From Lama glama (taxonomy: Eukaryota): a stretch of DNA of 64,000 bases. This document shows positions 38,176 through 51,572 of this stretch, one piece after another. A program made the translations under genes and the position numbers. Location: contig CM052817.1 of NCBI GenBank assembly GCA_028534125.1, positions 6,884,001 through 6,948,000 of the forward strand, written 5' to 3'. The notes under the pieces are model-generated. The model saw nothing but the letters and a program-made list of their open reading frames with translations, searched no databases and was not told the origin of the DNA. Each line of letters starts with the position of its first letter. Within the stretch, counting starts at the first letter, position 1.

Positions 38176-38912
38176 GAGACTTCCGGGCAAGATGGCGGAG
38201 TAGAAGGACGCTTGTAAGTCACCCTCTCCCACAAATACACCAAGACCCACATCTACAGACACACTCAGCCAACCAGAGCACCTGCGGAGCTCTGACAGAT
38301 CATCGCCCTCTTCAAAAGATAAAGACGCCAAAAATCTGGTAGGAGGAAAGGANNNNNNNNNNNNNNNNNNNNNNNNNNNNNNNNNNNNNNNNNNNNNNNN
38401 NNNNNNNNNNNNNNNNNNNNNNNNNNNNNNNNNNNNNNNNNNNNNNNNNNNNNNNNNNNNNNNNNNNNNNNNNNNNNNNNNNNNNNNNNNNNNNNNNNNN
38501 NNNNNNNNNNNNNNNNNNNNNNNNNNNNNNNNNNNNNNNNNNNNNNNNNNNNNNNNNNNNNNNNNNNNNNNNNNNNNNNNNNNNNNNNNNNNNNNNNNNN
38601 NNNNNNNNNNNNNNNNNNNNNNNNNNNNNNNNNNNNNNNNNNNNNNNNNNNNNNNNNNNNNNNNNNNNNNNNNNNNNNNNNNNNNNNNNNNNNNNNNNNN
38701 NNNNNNNNNNNNNNNNNNNNNNNNNNNNNNNNNNNNNNNNNNNNNNNNNNNNNNNNNNNNNNNNNNNNNNNNNNNNNNNNNNNNNNNNNNNNNNNNNNNN
38801 NNNNNNNNNNNNNNNNNNNNNNNNNNNNNNNNNNNNNNNNNNNNNNNNNNNNACACTGTATAGCACAGGGAAATATACACAAAATGTTCTGATAAATCAC
38901 AGAGAAAAAAAA
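38176..38912 (+). mobile_element. Young LINE-1 with intact 5' end; body hidden in an assembly gap
   Basis: 5' UTR start gagacttccgggcaagatggcggag (YY1 motif, CpGs retained), 3' UTR piece after the gap, and 18-bp TSD aatattagcca(a/g)tgactg at 38158-38175 and 38913-38930. Confidence 0.93.
38353..38852. other. Assembly gap (500 N)
   Basis: Run of N inside the young L1. Confidence 0.99.
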
Positions 38913-39670
38913 AATATTAGCCAGTGACTGAATTTTATTCACTTACCCAGTCATCCATCTCATAGTTTTAAGAATATTTCTTGTTTTAACAAATGACTGT
39001 GTTCATTCATATGGTAAAATGTTTCACCCATGTGCTCGCTCATTGCTTTTGAAATTCCATCAATCTCTAGTGCTAAGTTGTATTAATTTTATTATAAATT
39101 TGAAATCATGGAAAAGAGCCACAGACCCATGCCGCTGTTCACTTCCTCAAGCGACTTGTCTCCATCTGTTGTGATCAATCCATTCGAGCACTCCTCAGAA
39201 TCTCTGCCAATAAATTAATAGCTTTTTGTGAAGGTGGCTTTTTTCCTGGGTTCTACCACGTGGCTTTCCCATTACAGGTGAGATCAACAGCACGTTGTGA
39301 AGTGGAGAATGATCACAATGTCCAAGGATGAAGCAGAGGATGAAATTCAACTTTGCCAGTGTGTCATCCTCAGCAGTGCAGGGGTCCTTCCCTTTTCTTG
39401 CTATAAAGTCTGTGGTTTCTGTTCACCAACCGCTCGCTGCCCTCTAAGATCGGAACCCAGCTGGGAGCCCAGAGCCACCTCGTCGCGCCTGCCCCCAGCC
39501 TGTCCTCCACTCACACACACTTAGGACTTTTTAGTGCTCCTGCTCTCCCTCATTGCCCGGATCCTGCATGAACTGTCCTCTCCTCTTGGGACACTTCCAT
39601 TTCCCCTCATGTGCCTCCACTGCTGCCAGACCCTGCCCGGGCCAGGCCGCCCCCGCAGACACTTACCTCC

Positions 39671-40046
39671 GTGCTGCTTTGCTCGGCTTCTGTAATAAAC
39701 TGACACAGACTGTGAGGCCCAAACAGCAGGAGCTCAGGTCTCACAGTCCTGGAAGGAAAGCATCACCGTGTCAGTGGGGCTGGTCTCCCCTGAGGCTTCT
39801 GTCCTTGGCTTGCAGATGGCTCTCCTTCCTGTGTCCTCACGAGGTCCTCCCTCTGTGTCTATGTTCTAATTTCCTTTTCTTACAAGGATCCCAGTGATAT
39901 TAGGTTCAGGCCATCCTAATGACCTTGCTTTACCTTAATGACCTCTTAAAAGATCCTGTCTCCAAGCACAGTCATATTCTGAGGCTCTGAGCGTTTGGAC
40001 TTCAGCATGTGGGTTGAGGGAAGGGGACACATTTCAGCCTATAACA
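39671..40046 (-). mobile_element. MLT1A/B-like MaLR solo LTR
   Basis: ctgaggcttctgtccttggcttgcagatggc...ttcttacaagga...gtcatattctgagg...ggacacatttcagcctataaca. Confidence 0.88.
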
Positions 40047-41319
40047 CCCTCCGCCATGGGCAAGCCTTCTGCTCGGATTCCTGGAGGGCAGCGCGCCTCC
40101 ATCAGGCCCGACTTACCTGTCGTGATTCTGTGTTGACTTGTCATCCCCTAAGGACTGTGATTGCTCAGGTCGTGGCCTGCCTCCTACTGGTCTTCTTTCT
40201 TCGGTTGTGCAGCACACTTCCTGACAGTATAGATGAATCGGTGAGGGATCTAGGGGAAAGGAATAAAGTTAATTTAAATACATTAATTAAAATATGAACA
40301 TAAATTTATCTGTGTCTGTCTGTTGATCTCCCATGTACTAGTTACCTGCTATTATTTAATTAGGAGATTTGATGTCTGCTGGTTCTTCTATACTTGAAAA
40401 ATATTAAGTGATTTTGATCAAGATAACATTTAGCTTCTTTTTTAAGTATCACGTTCCCTCTCCTTTTATTTATTTCTCTTTCCTCTTATTTCCACGTATT
40501 TTAAAGAAGCTCCTATATAATGTAATTCAGTGTAATTCAGAACAGTTAACATTTGGCTATGAAACAGGGTGCCTGTGAATGACTTTCCACATGAGGTATA
40601 ATTTACCCAGGAATTTTAAAATGGGGAATTGCAGGGTTAGGTGGGTGACCTAGAGAAATAATAAACATCCGGTTTGTGGAGAGCACAGTTAATTCCTGAT
40701 CCAGGATTCAGTCTGGTCAAAGGCAGCTCTAGGAAGAGGGGGCCATCAAGTTCCATGATTTCTAAACCCCTGTGTTGGACATTCTTAAATTTATCTGACT
40801 TCATTCATCACCAAGGGCCCTCCCAAGAAGATGGAAGAGACTGGGGACAAAAACAACAGAAAAGAGGTGTGAAATGAGAGCGGAGGTGGACAAGGAGAGA
40901 CAAAGGGCCTGATGGGTGAGACCCCTGCTCCATCCGCAAATCTCTCGCGCCCCCATCAGCCACCCTCGCAGCAGGGCAGTGTTTGCTCCAGGTGTTTAAT
41001 GAACTCATGAGAGATCAATAGCCCACGACAGACAACTGACACATTTCCCCTGATTCAGTCTAGTGTTTTAATTCCCCATTAATTCTGATGATGTAAACTC
41101 TGTGATCAGCTTGGTCGTTAAACATCCACTCACAAGTGGTGATAAAGTGTAAGAAATTTCATCCTCTCAGACCTCTGAACCCTACTGAGTTTAACACTTC
41201 ATTGGTGCCCATGGCTGTGAGAAATTACCTTTCCAGCTCCCCAGCTGGTGAGGTCATGTCTTTAACCAATTTCAGGGTCAGGGTATTTTTTCAGCACATT
41301 TCTCCCACAAACGCTACAT

Positions 41320-41370
41320 TACACACACACACGCACATGCACGCACGCACACACACACACACACACACAT
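41320..41370. repeat. Imperfect (CA)n microsatellite
   Basis: Read directly from the sequence. Confidence 0.9.
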
Positions 41371-41679
41371 GCTAAAGCATTTATTCTTTTATTAAAAATG
41401 TATCCGGTGACCAGTAAATATCCAACATTGAACTGATTTTTTCAATACACAAGGATAAAAAAAATTAGGATTTGAATGAATCCAGATGTGAGAAACGTCT
41501 GTGTGACCAAATATGTGAACTTGTTTCATTGTCAAGGTGGACTTGAGAAGGTGTATAACATAATTTCCATAATTCTTACAGCTAGCCCTCTTAAAAATCA
41601 CACAGAAAAACCAAATAAACAAAACATGCAAAATAAAAACTCCCGAATAAAAATTCCCTATTATCTATCATTGCACAGA

Positions 41680-41978
41680 TCAATATAAATATAATGTGTG
41701 CTGTAAATGTGGTCTACAGGTGTCTTGTTAAATTTTGTTAAAGTCACATAAAAATTAATTTTTACCAACATACCTAATTTTATCCAATATAGTCAAAACA
41801 GTATTTCAACATTTAATCAATATAAACACTATTAGATACTTTGCATTTTGCTTTTTTTAAATACAGTTGTCAAAATCAAACGTGTATTTTATATTCACAG
41901 CACATTTCAACAGAGCAAGTAATACTTCAAGCCGTCAATGGCCACTGTTCTCAGCAGCTAACCTATCAGACAGTACAG
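41680..41978. mobile_element. MER33/MER3-like hAT-Charlie DNA transposon
   Basis: gtgtattttatattcacagcacatttcaa...tacttcaagccgtcaatggccac...cctatcagacagtacag. Confidence 0.7.
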
Positions 41979-44605
41979 ATCTGTAATACGCTCTAACAGG
42001 GGATTCTGAGTTATATTTACCCAAACCACAGGTATTATCTTCCTTTATATGTATGTTTTCTTTTGATTTGTTTGCTTGTTTGTTTTCATTTCACGTAATT
42101 CCAGCAGCCCGTACCATCTAGGTCCAAGGTTTATATTTGGTTGCTTTGAAGAGACCAAAATACTCTGCCGTGTGCGTTGGAGAGAATTTTCCAACAATTT
42201 AGCTCCAAGTGTAGGTCAAAGTTTGACTTTTTTAATTCTGTGTGAAAGATTTTTATAAAATGCCTAATGGGCCAATTCTAGAATTTACTCCTGGTGAGTA
42301 TTTTGTAGGATTATCTGTTAAATACAGATAATCACGTTAGATACAGAAAGAAAAAGAAAATCTCCTTAAAGGTCACTGGGTTCTTGACTGCCAATTAGCT
42401 GACAGTCAACGGAGTGGGTGAAGTTCCCACAGTAAAACTTAATCTTGTTTGAATTCAGCAGAAAAGCACTTAGCATTTTGCCAGGAATACTAATTTATCC
42501 CCCAGAAGGAGAGATCTGTGACCCACACTACTGGAGAAGATTATTTTTCCTCACCAGGATGGCGCTCCTTCTCTTCTAGAGAAACGGTGTCAGGCTCACT
42601 CTTGTAATTTGCTTCTCTTGCAGGTCTCGCTTGGGACAATTTTTCTTTTGCAAATAGGCCTACTGAAAAGTCTTATAGGGAAAAGCATGCAATGTGGGTA
42701 AAAAGTAGGTTGGCCCCACAGGTGTCATATACAGTCCTTAGGAGTTTGGATTTTACGTGTAACCTCTGGAGATCCATGCCTACATCCAAAGAAGTAGGTC
42801 CAGCTAATTGAACAAATTATCTCAGTAAATCCAGAGTGGAGATACTGAGATTGTTCTCCAAGCGACCCCTAACCTTCACAACTTTGGGCTTACACTGAAT
42901 GATGGCATGCAAATGAAAATGCATTCAATCTTCACATACAAATCATGGACAACCTATGTTATTCACCCTCTTTCCAATATTTCGACAGCTTCTTCCAAGA
43001 GCTTGCATTTCTCATAATCCCTTACTAACCTAATATTCTGCTTCTACTCAATTCTCCTATCTGCTTTCTTTTAGTTGTTCCCTTTTTGTACCAAATACTA
43101 ATGAGAACAAAGCAAACCAACAAATAAACAAAACCCCTCGGCCTTTCACTTCTTAAGGCACTGCTCTGATGTGGTCTTTGCTCCAAGTAGAGTTTAACTG
43201 AATTTGGGAAGTTAATGCCAACAAGGAAATAGCAAAGAGCAGGTCAAAAACAAAAAAATAATCATAATAATTAAGTACTAAGTAGTTCCAAAAAAGCCAG
43301 CCCAAAGATCTATCTTTTGGATGCCTTATCTTCGAGAGTCCCTGCCTCTTATCTGGAACTTGGTCATTTCTTTCTATCACAAACCCTTGCATCTCTTTAT
43401 TTCTGAGAATCCTTACCTTTTCCTTCCTGGACTGCCTATAGAAAACTTATGCTTTTATGCGAAACAATTACATTCTCCTTACCTTAAGCCTAGACCACCT
43501 GGGTCTTAGCCTGAAGACTCTTTCCACACCAAATGTTCATCAACGGGTTTTACTAAAACACCGCTATATTATCTCTAAAGAACTGTGCTGTTAGCTCTTA
43601 AATCATCTCTCCTTCCCACATTTCCTCCCAAAGAAAGTTTTCAACTATCTCAGAAATAATTCCAGGAACTATAACATATAATGTCATCTAAGATAATGGG
43701 GGACTTCCCCCCAAAGATGTAGAGCAGATGTGGCAGCTAGACACAGTAAGTTCTCTTCTCACACCTATGACTAAGTATACAAAATTAAAAATAAACAGTG
43801 GGGGTCTCTCTGCAGAGGACAGATGATGTCATTCTAAGTCCTTCCCTGGAAATGCAGATCGTAGTGTAAAATCATTGCATTTGCCAAGGAATTCTCTGAA
43901 TGCTTCCTAGTTAATCACAGGCTCTGATCCACTTTCTTCAAAAGATATCTCAGAAACACACCTCCTACTTAAAAAAAAGAAAAAAGAAAGAAAGGGGGAA
44001 AAAAAGAAAAAAGAAATACTCTAAAATTAAATGATTCATTCAAGAAAGCTGCATCCCAGAGGAGAGGTGTCATCTGCTATCTGTCGAACAGTCTGGTTGG
44101 AGAATTTTTCCATGGCTCTTATGGACCTTGTGTGAGAAAGTGCAGTTTAGACTGGCAGGTTCATGCAAACGCTGTCAGTCCGCTTTTGTGTTCACAGTGT
44201 GCAGCCACTTCTCAGCCTGGAGTGAACCCATGTGGCCTCTAAGTGGACGGTGGGGATGCGGGGGGCGCCTCGGGGCTACAACCTCGGCTCAGATACACAC
44301 TCAGTTCCAACTAGGAGTCATCAGCACTTCAGCACTTTCTCTGGGAGCCAAATACACATATGGTTTGAAAAGCCTTGCATGTATTTCAGTTACCAGTCTC
44401 CTTTGTTTTTCCTAAAATTAAAAAAAAGAAAGAAAGAAAGAAAGAAGAAAACAGATACAATCTGCTTTCAACCAATCAATCCGTCTGTGTTGAATGTATG
44501 TCTAGAAAATGCCCCATTCTCTTTTGTGTTTTATCATTACCTACAGAAACTGCTTCATGATAAAAATGTGACAAAAATGGTTTGCTTCATCAAGTGAAAT
44601 CAGGA

Positions 44606-44967
44606 GGCATTTGTCTTTCTCTCTGACTTATATGTGGAATCCAAAAAAAAAAACAAAACAAAACAAGCAAAACAAGATAAAAGCTAGACTCAGCTACAGA
44701 GAACAGGCTGGTGGTTTCCAGAAAGAAGTGAAACTGGGGAGAGGGAATGGGTAAAGGAGGTCAAGAAGTGCAGACCTCCAGTTATAAAATTAATAAGCCA
44801 TGAGCAAGGAAAATATAGTTAATAATATTGTACTAACCTTGTATGGTGAAAGATGGAAGCTAGACTTACTGTGATGATTTGGAAATGTATACGAATGTCA
44901 AATCACGATGCTGTACACCTAAAACTAATAAAATATTGTGTGTCAGTTATGCTGCAATAAAAAATAA
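44606..44967 (+). mobile_element. Short L1 3' UTR insertion with a small 5' inversion
   Basis: atgtggaatc...acagagaacaggctggtggtttccaga...cagacctccagttataaaattaataagccatg...caataaaaaa; 44606-44631 is inverted. Confidence 0.88.
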
Positions 44968-46839
44968 CGTTTTGCTTCAAGTTGAGATGTTTTGCTTCAA
45001 TTCATCACACAACACTAAAGAGTTTCCTGTATTGGAAAGAAAAGAGTGACTTGTGTGGTTCGCACATATCCCTAAAACTCTTGGCATTTCTGGTTTAAGA
45101 TGGGTTGAAATTGACTGCAAAGTTTTTTCTTTTTTTCTTTTGGATTTTATAGCATTTATGATTGGTTGGATTAACAACATAATTTAACAAGTTAGAACAC
45201 CCCAAATATTTTGCCAGGAAGAGTGAGAAAAAAGATAATTAAGATTTGTTGTACACATACTTTACCCAGACACTGTAACAGACACTTTACAGGCTTCGTT
45301 ATTTAATCTTTACAAAAGCCTCATGACACAGGAGTTATGTGCCCACTTCCCAGGTAAGTTAAATAAAGTCTCAAACCAGCAATTCCATGGAAGCGTAATA
45401 AGATGTTTAGACCACATTTTTCCAAGATAGGGAATTACCACATCCCATTGCTGTTAAATAGGGACTTTCTAGGACAGGAATAAAAACAGAAAGAGTGAAT
45501 GTGCTGCCAATATTTATATATTATTTTGTGTAGCTCACGTAAGCAATTAAGGAGAGATTTCATACGCATTCGCTGAAAGCATGTTGTGAACTCTGCATTT
45601 GAGCCTGGCTCCAGGTACCTGTTAGAAGCCACAGAGGAAAATAAAACCTCATTAAGTTATAGCCACACTGAGTTATTGATTCTAAGAAGTGTCCCCAGCT
45701 TCTCCACCAGCCGTCTTCACTAATCTTGGTTCCAAAAGCTTTTGGCAGTTTTGAGATGATAAGTCAACTCTCAAACGGCCAAAATTTTGCCAAGAGTTGA
45801 CACTGGTTAGTAAAGGAAAGAGTTAGCACCAAAGCAATTTTCAAAAGAACAGTTTCAGCAATGTTTTCAGCGATGACACCCCTATTGGTAGGAATGCAGA
45901 GCCCCTTTTAGGACAGTTAAGAGAGGAGCTGAATTCACTTCCACGTAGATGCTGAAAGCATCACTTACATTACTTTCTTAAATCATGTGTGCCTGTGTAT
46001 AAACAAATGTTCCTATTAGGCGTTTGTTTCTGTCATTAAAATATAATCTAATATTAGATGATGATATTCAGTGATATATATATATAGATAGATAATTTAG
46101 ATTATATAAAAGTATCTTATACCATGTGTTAGTCTAAAAACCTGAAATATGTCTATGTCTGTGTCTGTGTGTGTATCTAGAAGCCAAATGGATATAATTT
46201 CGATCATTCAAGCAATGAAGCTGTATTATACCAGATATCTATTAATTTGGTGCTATAGCCCAAGGGAAAAAGATAAACAGAAGCCAAAGTTCAGAGAAAA
46301 AAATATTTTAAAACTTCTACTTAAAACAGAAAAGTGAGATGATCAATTAAGGAGCCAGAAGTTGAAGAAGTTAATTGAGATCCAGTCCACTAAGAGCATT
46401 CGATGTCAAAGTGATATCCTAATTATAAGTCTAATGCAACTTTCATCTGTTTGATACTTGCTGCCAAGGACAAGCTGTGTATAATTCTGTCCCAGGAAAA
46501 CATACCAGTTCAGGAATCAGGGGAGAATGTTATAGCTCAAAGAAGACCGCTGCCTACAAATAGGACAAAATCCGGCTGTTTGGTTTCTGTTTCAAAAGCA
46601 ATCTTATTAGCAATGTGCTTTGTTTATTTGTTTGTTTGCTTTCTTTGTTTCAAATTTAAATAGGTCTTCAATATCAGTGAAGGAACAGTGGCTCACATAG
46701 CGAAAACATGGAATTAACAAGGGTGAAGACTCGGAAGTAGTAAAACCATCGACTCCTTTTGCCGCATTAGTTTTCTGTGTCTGATATAAACTACTACTAT
46801 TTTAATGATGTTTCTTACAAATGAATAAACTGACTTTTT

Positions 46840-46960
46840 ACAAATTAAGTTTATGGAGGTAAAATTTACATAAAATCAAATTCACTCGTTTTAAATTTTC
46901 CATGAGCTTCGACAGATGTCTATACCTCTATAACCATGGCCGTAACACACCCATTGCAGA
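46840..46960 (-). mobile_element. Ancient L1 3'-end fragment
   Basis: agtttatggaggtaaaatttacataaaatcaaattcactcgttttaa...gacagatgtctatacc. Confidence 0.6.
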
Positions 46961-49175
46961 CATACATACATACAAACATGCCCTGTACTCCTACAAATAC
47001 ATATGCACGATATCCCTATACATGCGTATTATATACATAAGTTGTTTATGTCTTTGGTTATGTCATGAGCGGTGGAACTCTAGTTTCCAGGTGACATGGT
47101 GAGGTAGTATGAAGCACATTCAACCGGAAACCAGGAAACCTAACATTGGTGTTTGAGAGTGGCTGATAAATAGATCCCTCTTGTGCAACCAGGGTCTGCG
47201 CCTGTTGACAAATAAGGTAAGATAATAGAGTTAAAAGGAGAGAGTTTGGAGCATTTTGTGTCAGGTTAAAGAGCAGATTGTATGCCTCCCTTCCCAACTC
47301 CGCACTCGGCTTGTTGAAACAAGCCAGGTGTGGTTATTTACAGCACAGAACTTTGCAGATGCTGCAGATCTGGGGTTTTTGTTTCTCTTTTTTCACTTGG
47401 ACAGTTAGTTGCTGAACACTGATCAGCACACCTTTGTTAAGAGACCAAAGTGCTGCTGTCATTGCTAGCAGAGGGAGCACTGGTGAAGCGGGCGCCCTCT
47501 TGCTTACCTGTGGATGTAGATCTCCCCTTCCCATCCAGGCAAGTCCACGTCCAGGATGACTGGGCTCTCTGACCAACTCACCGCACAGCCAAGGGCTGTC
47601 AGGACTGAAGCCCTACGCAGGCAGTCCAGCTCCAGAGAAGAAGAGGAGGGGCATCTCTACGTATGCCTGTCCTCGCTTCTGCGTGCTCCAAGCAGACATG
47701 CAATCCATCTCCCAAGGAAGGAAGGAGAAGAGTCAAAGAGGGGACAGAAGTTTTATGCTAATAGAACTCTTTTACTTGAAAGAAAATAGCAAATGTGGAG
47801 AAGAACCCTCCCACACCTGCCACGCACCCCGATACTGGATCTAGGTCTATTTTGTTTCTCAAGTTCTTGGGCCCATTATGAATGCTATTATAGGAATAGA
47901 TTTTACTTCTTTAAAATCACTTTTTAAAATTGCCTCAGATAATTTGAGAGGGCCCTCTGAGTGTCACATTTCTATTCTTTACAATTCTAGGTTTCTATGT
48001 CTGTAGTTTGCTGCAACAAAATCTTGAAATCTATTTCACTGCATTTATAAATTCTAAACAACCGCAACTCTCCATTCCACGGCCCACCTTTCAGCAGGTC
48101 ACTTTTGAAAGCTTTTAACAGAGGGCAAATGGGAAGAGTGCCCTGACCTCCTTTTATATGGGACCAAAGTCAGAATGAACAAATAAGCTGTTACATTAAT
48201 ATAAATGTATGCATATTTATAATATACGTATAATGGATCTGTTCTACCTTACCAGTTAGCAAAACTGAAGTAAATCTTTCTTTTCCTTTCTGTCTTAAAG
48301 GTCAGAAAGTATTGCCTTTTCCCACGAAGGGATGTCTAAGGGCAGATTTTTGCTGATTTGATGTTATTCAGTAATTGTCGAGAAGGTCAGAGACCCTCAA
48401 GTACATGCTTGTCCATCTGTGCTTCGCCTCTTTCGAAGTCCTTATCATCCTCTAATGTAACTTGCTTCTCATCAGCCCACTCGTTCCTCCAGGGCATGGT
48501 TTGTGTCTTTCATCTGTATCCTGAATGTCCAGTAGAGTCCTCGGCGTGGTAGAGCTGGTGATGTCTACTAAATGACTCAGGGGCCGCATGGCGAGTAGAG
48601 ACACTCTGAAATACTTGCTTGCCTCATGCTCTGAGATACCTCTGCTTGTCAGGTCTCAGCCACCCAGTTTCCATGCCTTGATAGCTGGAGGTTTCAGAGA
48701 AAAAAAAAAAATCTAACAACCTGGAACCAACCAACCAGCCAAAAAAATCAATTATTGTGTGTGTTAACTAAAAGTAACCCCTTGATCCCAACTCAGTTCT
48801 GAATTCTAATACATCACCTTGTATCCTGTTAATGGAATTTGACCTCAAACATCAAGAGAAAATGAGGACTCCAAGGAGCCTGATTGCCAATGACTGTTGT
48901 GGAAATCATTTCGTTTGATCTTCTAAATTATGGGAAATCCTCTCCGCAGGAGGCAGGACATCTTTGCATGGTGAGAATTGCTGATGTTATAACTGCTATC
49001 AAGTGAGAGCAACCAGACACAATGATTTGCAAAACCAGATTTTAATTATGAAGACAAAGCCAAAGAGGAAGAGAAAGTAAATTTTCCAATGTTGCCTTTA
49101 CTTAATGAGAAGCAGCATTACATAACACACTAAATAATTTATGTATAATGTAATGTAAAAGAAATGTAACACTAA

Positions 49176-49832
49176 TGTAGAAGAAAGAAAAAATTTGCAC
49201 CAGTCTCAGATTAAAAATACCAAGAGCAATTTCATTCAGACGACTGTAGTAGGGGAGAGATTTCAGTGTAAACTGAGCTCAATCCCAATGAAACAAAAAG
49301 CAGGAGGCTGCCCCAGTGCTGGGCTGTGCAACGGAGGAAATACCGAAGGACACTGAGGGAGGGGATGGCCAGCGTGATTAGACCATCTGTGTTTGCCAAC
49401 TGGCGCTGCATGAAGTTAGGATCCTACCCTCCCACGTGAAGGGAAACAGGGATGCCATCTTTCTGGATGATTATATCTCAAAGACATGGCTCCTGGGTCC
49501 TCGAGAAAGCCATTCCTCGGTTGTGGAAGATACATCTCACAGGAACAGAGAAAGGATTTAAGATGACAAATTCTCTACAGTAAATGCTCTCAGGAAAGGG
49601 ATACTGGGGGCCTGTGTTTAGGTCTTGGCTGGAACACAGTGAACTCTTTTGGCAAAGTTGAGCTTCCTCAGGGAAGCTTTTTAAGGAGATGGCAGTCCCT
49701 GTCGAGTCACAGCTGATGCTATTAGAAGCCATACTGGAGTTGTTTATTAAGTCTCGCAGTTGGAGGGGCGGAGATGGGGAAATCGAGGGAAGGGTGGACA
49801 GACGTGTTCCTGCCCAGTCTTCTGCAGTTCTC
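49176..49832 (-). mobile_element. Old ERV1 solo LTR (MER31/MER67-like)
   Basis: TG start; tttcattcagacgactgtagtaggggagaga...ctgagctcaatccc is typical of this LTR group. Confidence 0.65.
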
Positions 49833-50069
49833 CCTGGTAAGAAAGGACTTTAGTAATGTCTATTTTGTAAATTATACACATATTTTGAAGAGGAAATAGT
49901 TGCCACATTCATTCTGAATGATTGTAGCGATTAAACCATAAAGGAAGCTGACATAAGAGCAAATTATTTTTATCATCAACTTATGCACATCTGTGCAAAC
50001 AATGATTTCTTTAAAGTCCTTGGTTTTATTTGTGTGCACTTGGGATACATTTGGTTTTAATAATCATCA

Positions 50070-51572
50070 TTCTTATTGAGGTATAGTTGATTTGCTAGTT
50101 ATATTGGTTTCAGGTATATAATATAATGCTTCAAAATTTGTATAGCTTATATTCCATTTAAAGTTATGAAGTATTGTCTGTATTCCCTGTGCTGAACAAT
50201 ATGTTCTTTTAGCTTATTATTTTATTCATAGCACTTTGTACCATTTAATCCCCTACCCCCAACTTGCCCCTCCTCCCTTTCCTCTCGGTGTTGATAATCA
50301 CTAGTTTGTTGTCTGTAGCTGTGAGTCGGTTTCTGTTTGGTTATATTCATTCCTTCATTCTACCTTTTAGATTCCACATATAAGTGATAACACACAGTAT
50401 TTGTCTTTCTCTGCCTGACTTATTTTACTAAGCGTAACACCCTCCATGCTCATCTAAGTTCTTGCAAATGGCAAAATTTTGTTCCGTTTTATGCTATATG
50501 TATATGATGTATATATATCACCTCTTCTTTATCCATTCATCTGTTGATTGGACACTTGAGGTGCTTCCACATCTTGGCTCTTGTAAATAATGCTGCTATG
50601 AACATTGGGGCATGTATCTTTTCCAAGTAAAGATTTTGTTTTGTCCTGACCCAGAAGTGGAATTGTTGAATCATATGGTAGTGCTATTTTTTTGTTTTTT
50701 GAAGAACCTCCATACTGTTCTTCAGAGTGGCTGCATTAATTTGCATTCACACCTGCAGGGTTCCTTTTTCTTCATACCTTCACCAGCATGTGTTATTTGT
50801 GGTCTTTTTGATGATAGTCATTCTGACAGGTGAGAGGAGATATGGCATTGTTGGTTTGACTTGTGTTTCTCTGATGATTAATGATGTGGATCTTTTCCTG
50901 TGCTTTTTGGTCATTTGTATGTCTTCTTTGAAACATGTCTATTCAGGTCTTCTACCTAATTTTTAATCAAGTTGTTTGCTTTTTGATATTGAATTGTATG
51001 AGCTGTTTATATTCTAAATATACATAAATATTAAAATATAGTTCAATGTTAACCTCAGTCATATTATTTGCAAATATTTTCTCTCATTCTGTAGGTTGTC
51101 TTTTCATTTTGTCAATTTTTGTTTTTCTGTGCAAAAGTTTTAAAGTCTAACTAGGTTCCATTTACTAATTATTATCTGTTTCCTTTGCCTTAAGAGATAT
51201 GTCCAAACAAATTGTTATGATTTATGTCAAAAAGTGTTTAGCCTGTTTTTATTTTTTTTCTAAGAGTTTTATGGTTCTTGGTCTTACATTTAGGACTTTA
51301 ATCTACTTTGGATTTAATTTTACATATGATGTGAGAAAAAGTTCTAATTTCAGTTTTTACATGTAGCTGTCCAGTTTTCCCAGCACTGCTTACTAGAGGG
51401 ACTATGTTTTCCCCATCGTATACTTTTGCCTCCTTTATTGTAGGTTAATTGACCATAAGTGTGTGGTTTATTTCTGGGCTCTCTATTCTGTTCCATTAAT
51501 CTATGTGTCTGTTTTTGTACCAGTACCATAACATTTTGATTCCTGTAGCTTTGTAATATAGTCTGAAGTCAG
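50070..51572 (-). mobile_element. 5'-truncated LINE-1 (3' UTR and ORF2 3' part)
   Basis: Colinear with 7850-9270 of the large L1 in this window. Confidence 0.93.

Noticed and set aside
38152..38942. Long ORFs of 184-242 aa
   Set aside because: They span the 500-N gap; the flanks are L1 UTRs.
47485..47510. CTCF site (agagggcgc on the minus strand)
   Set aside because: The 5' half lacks the conserved CC of the consensus.
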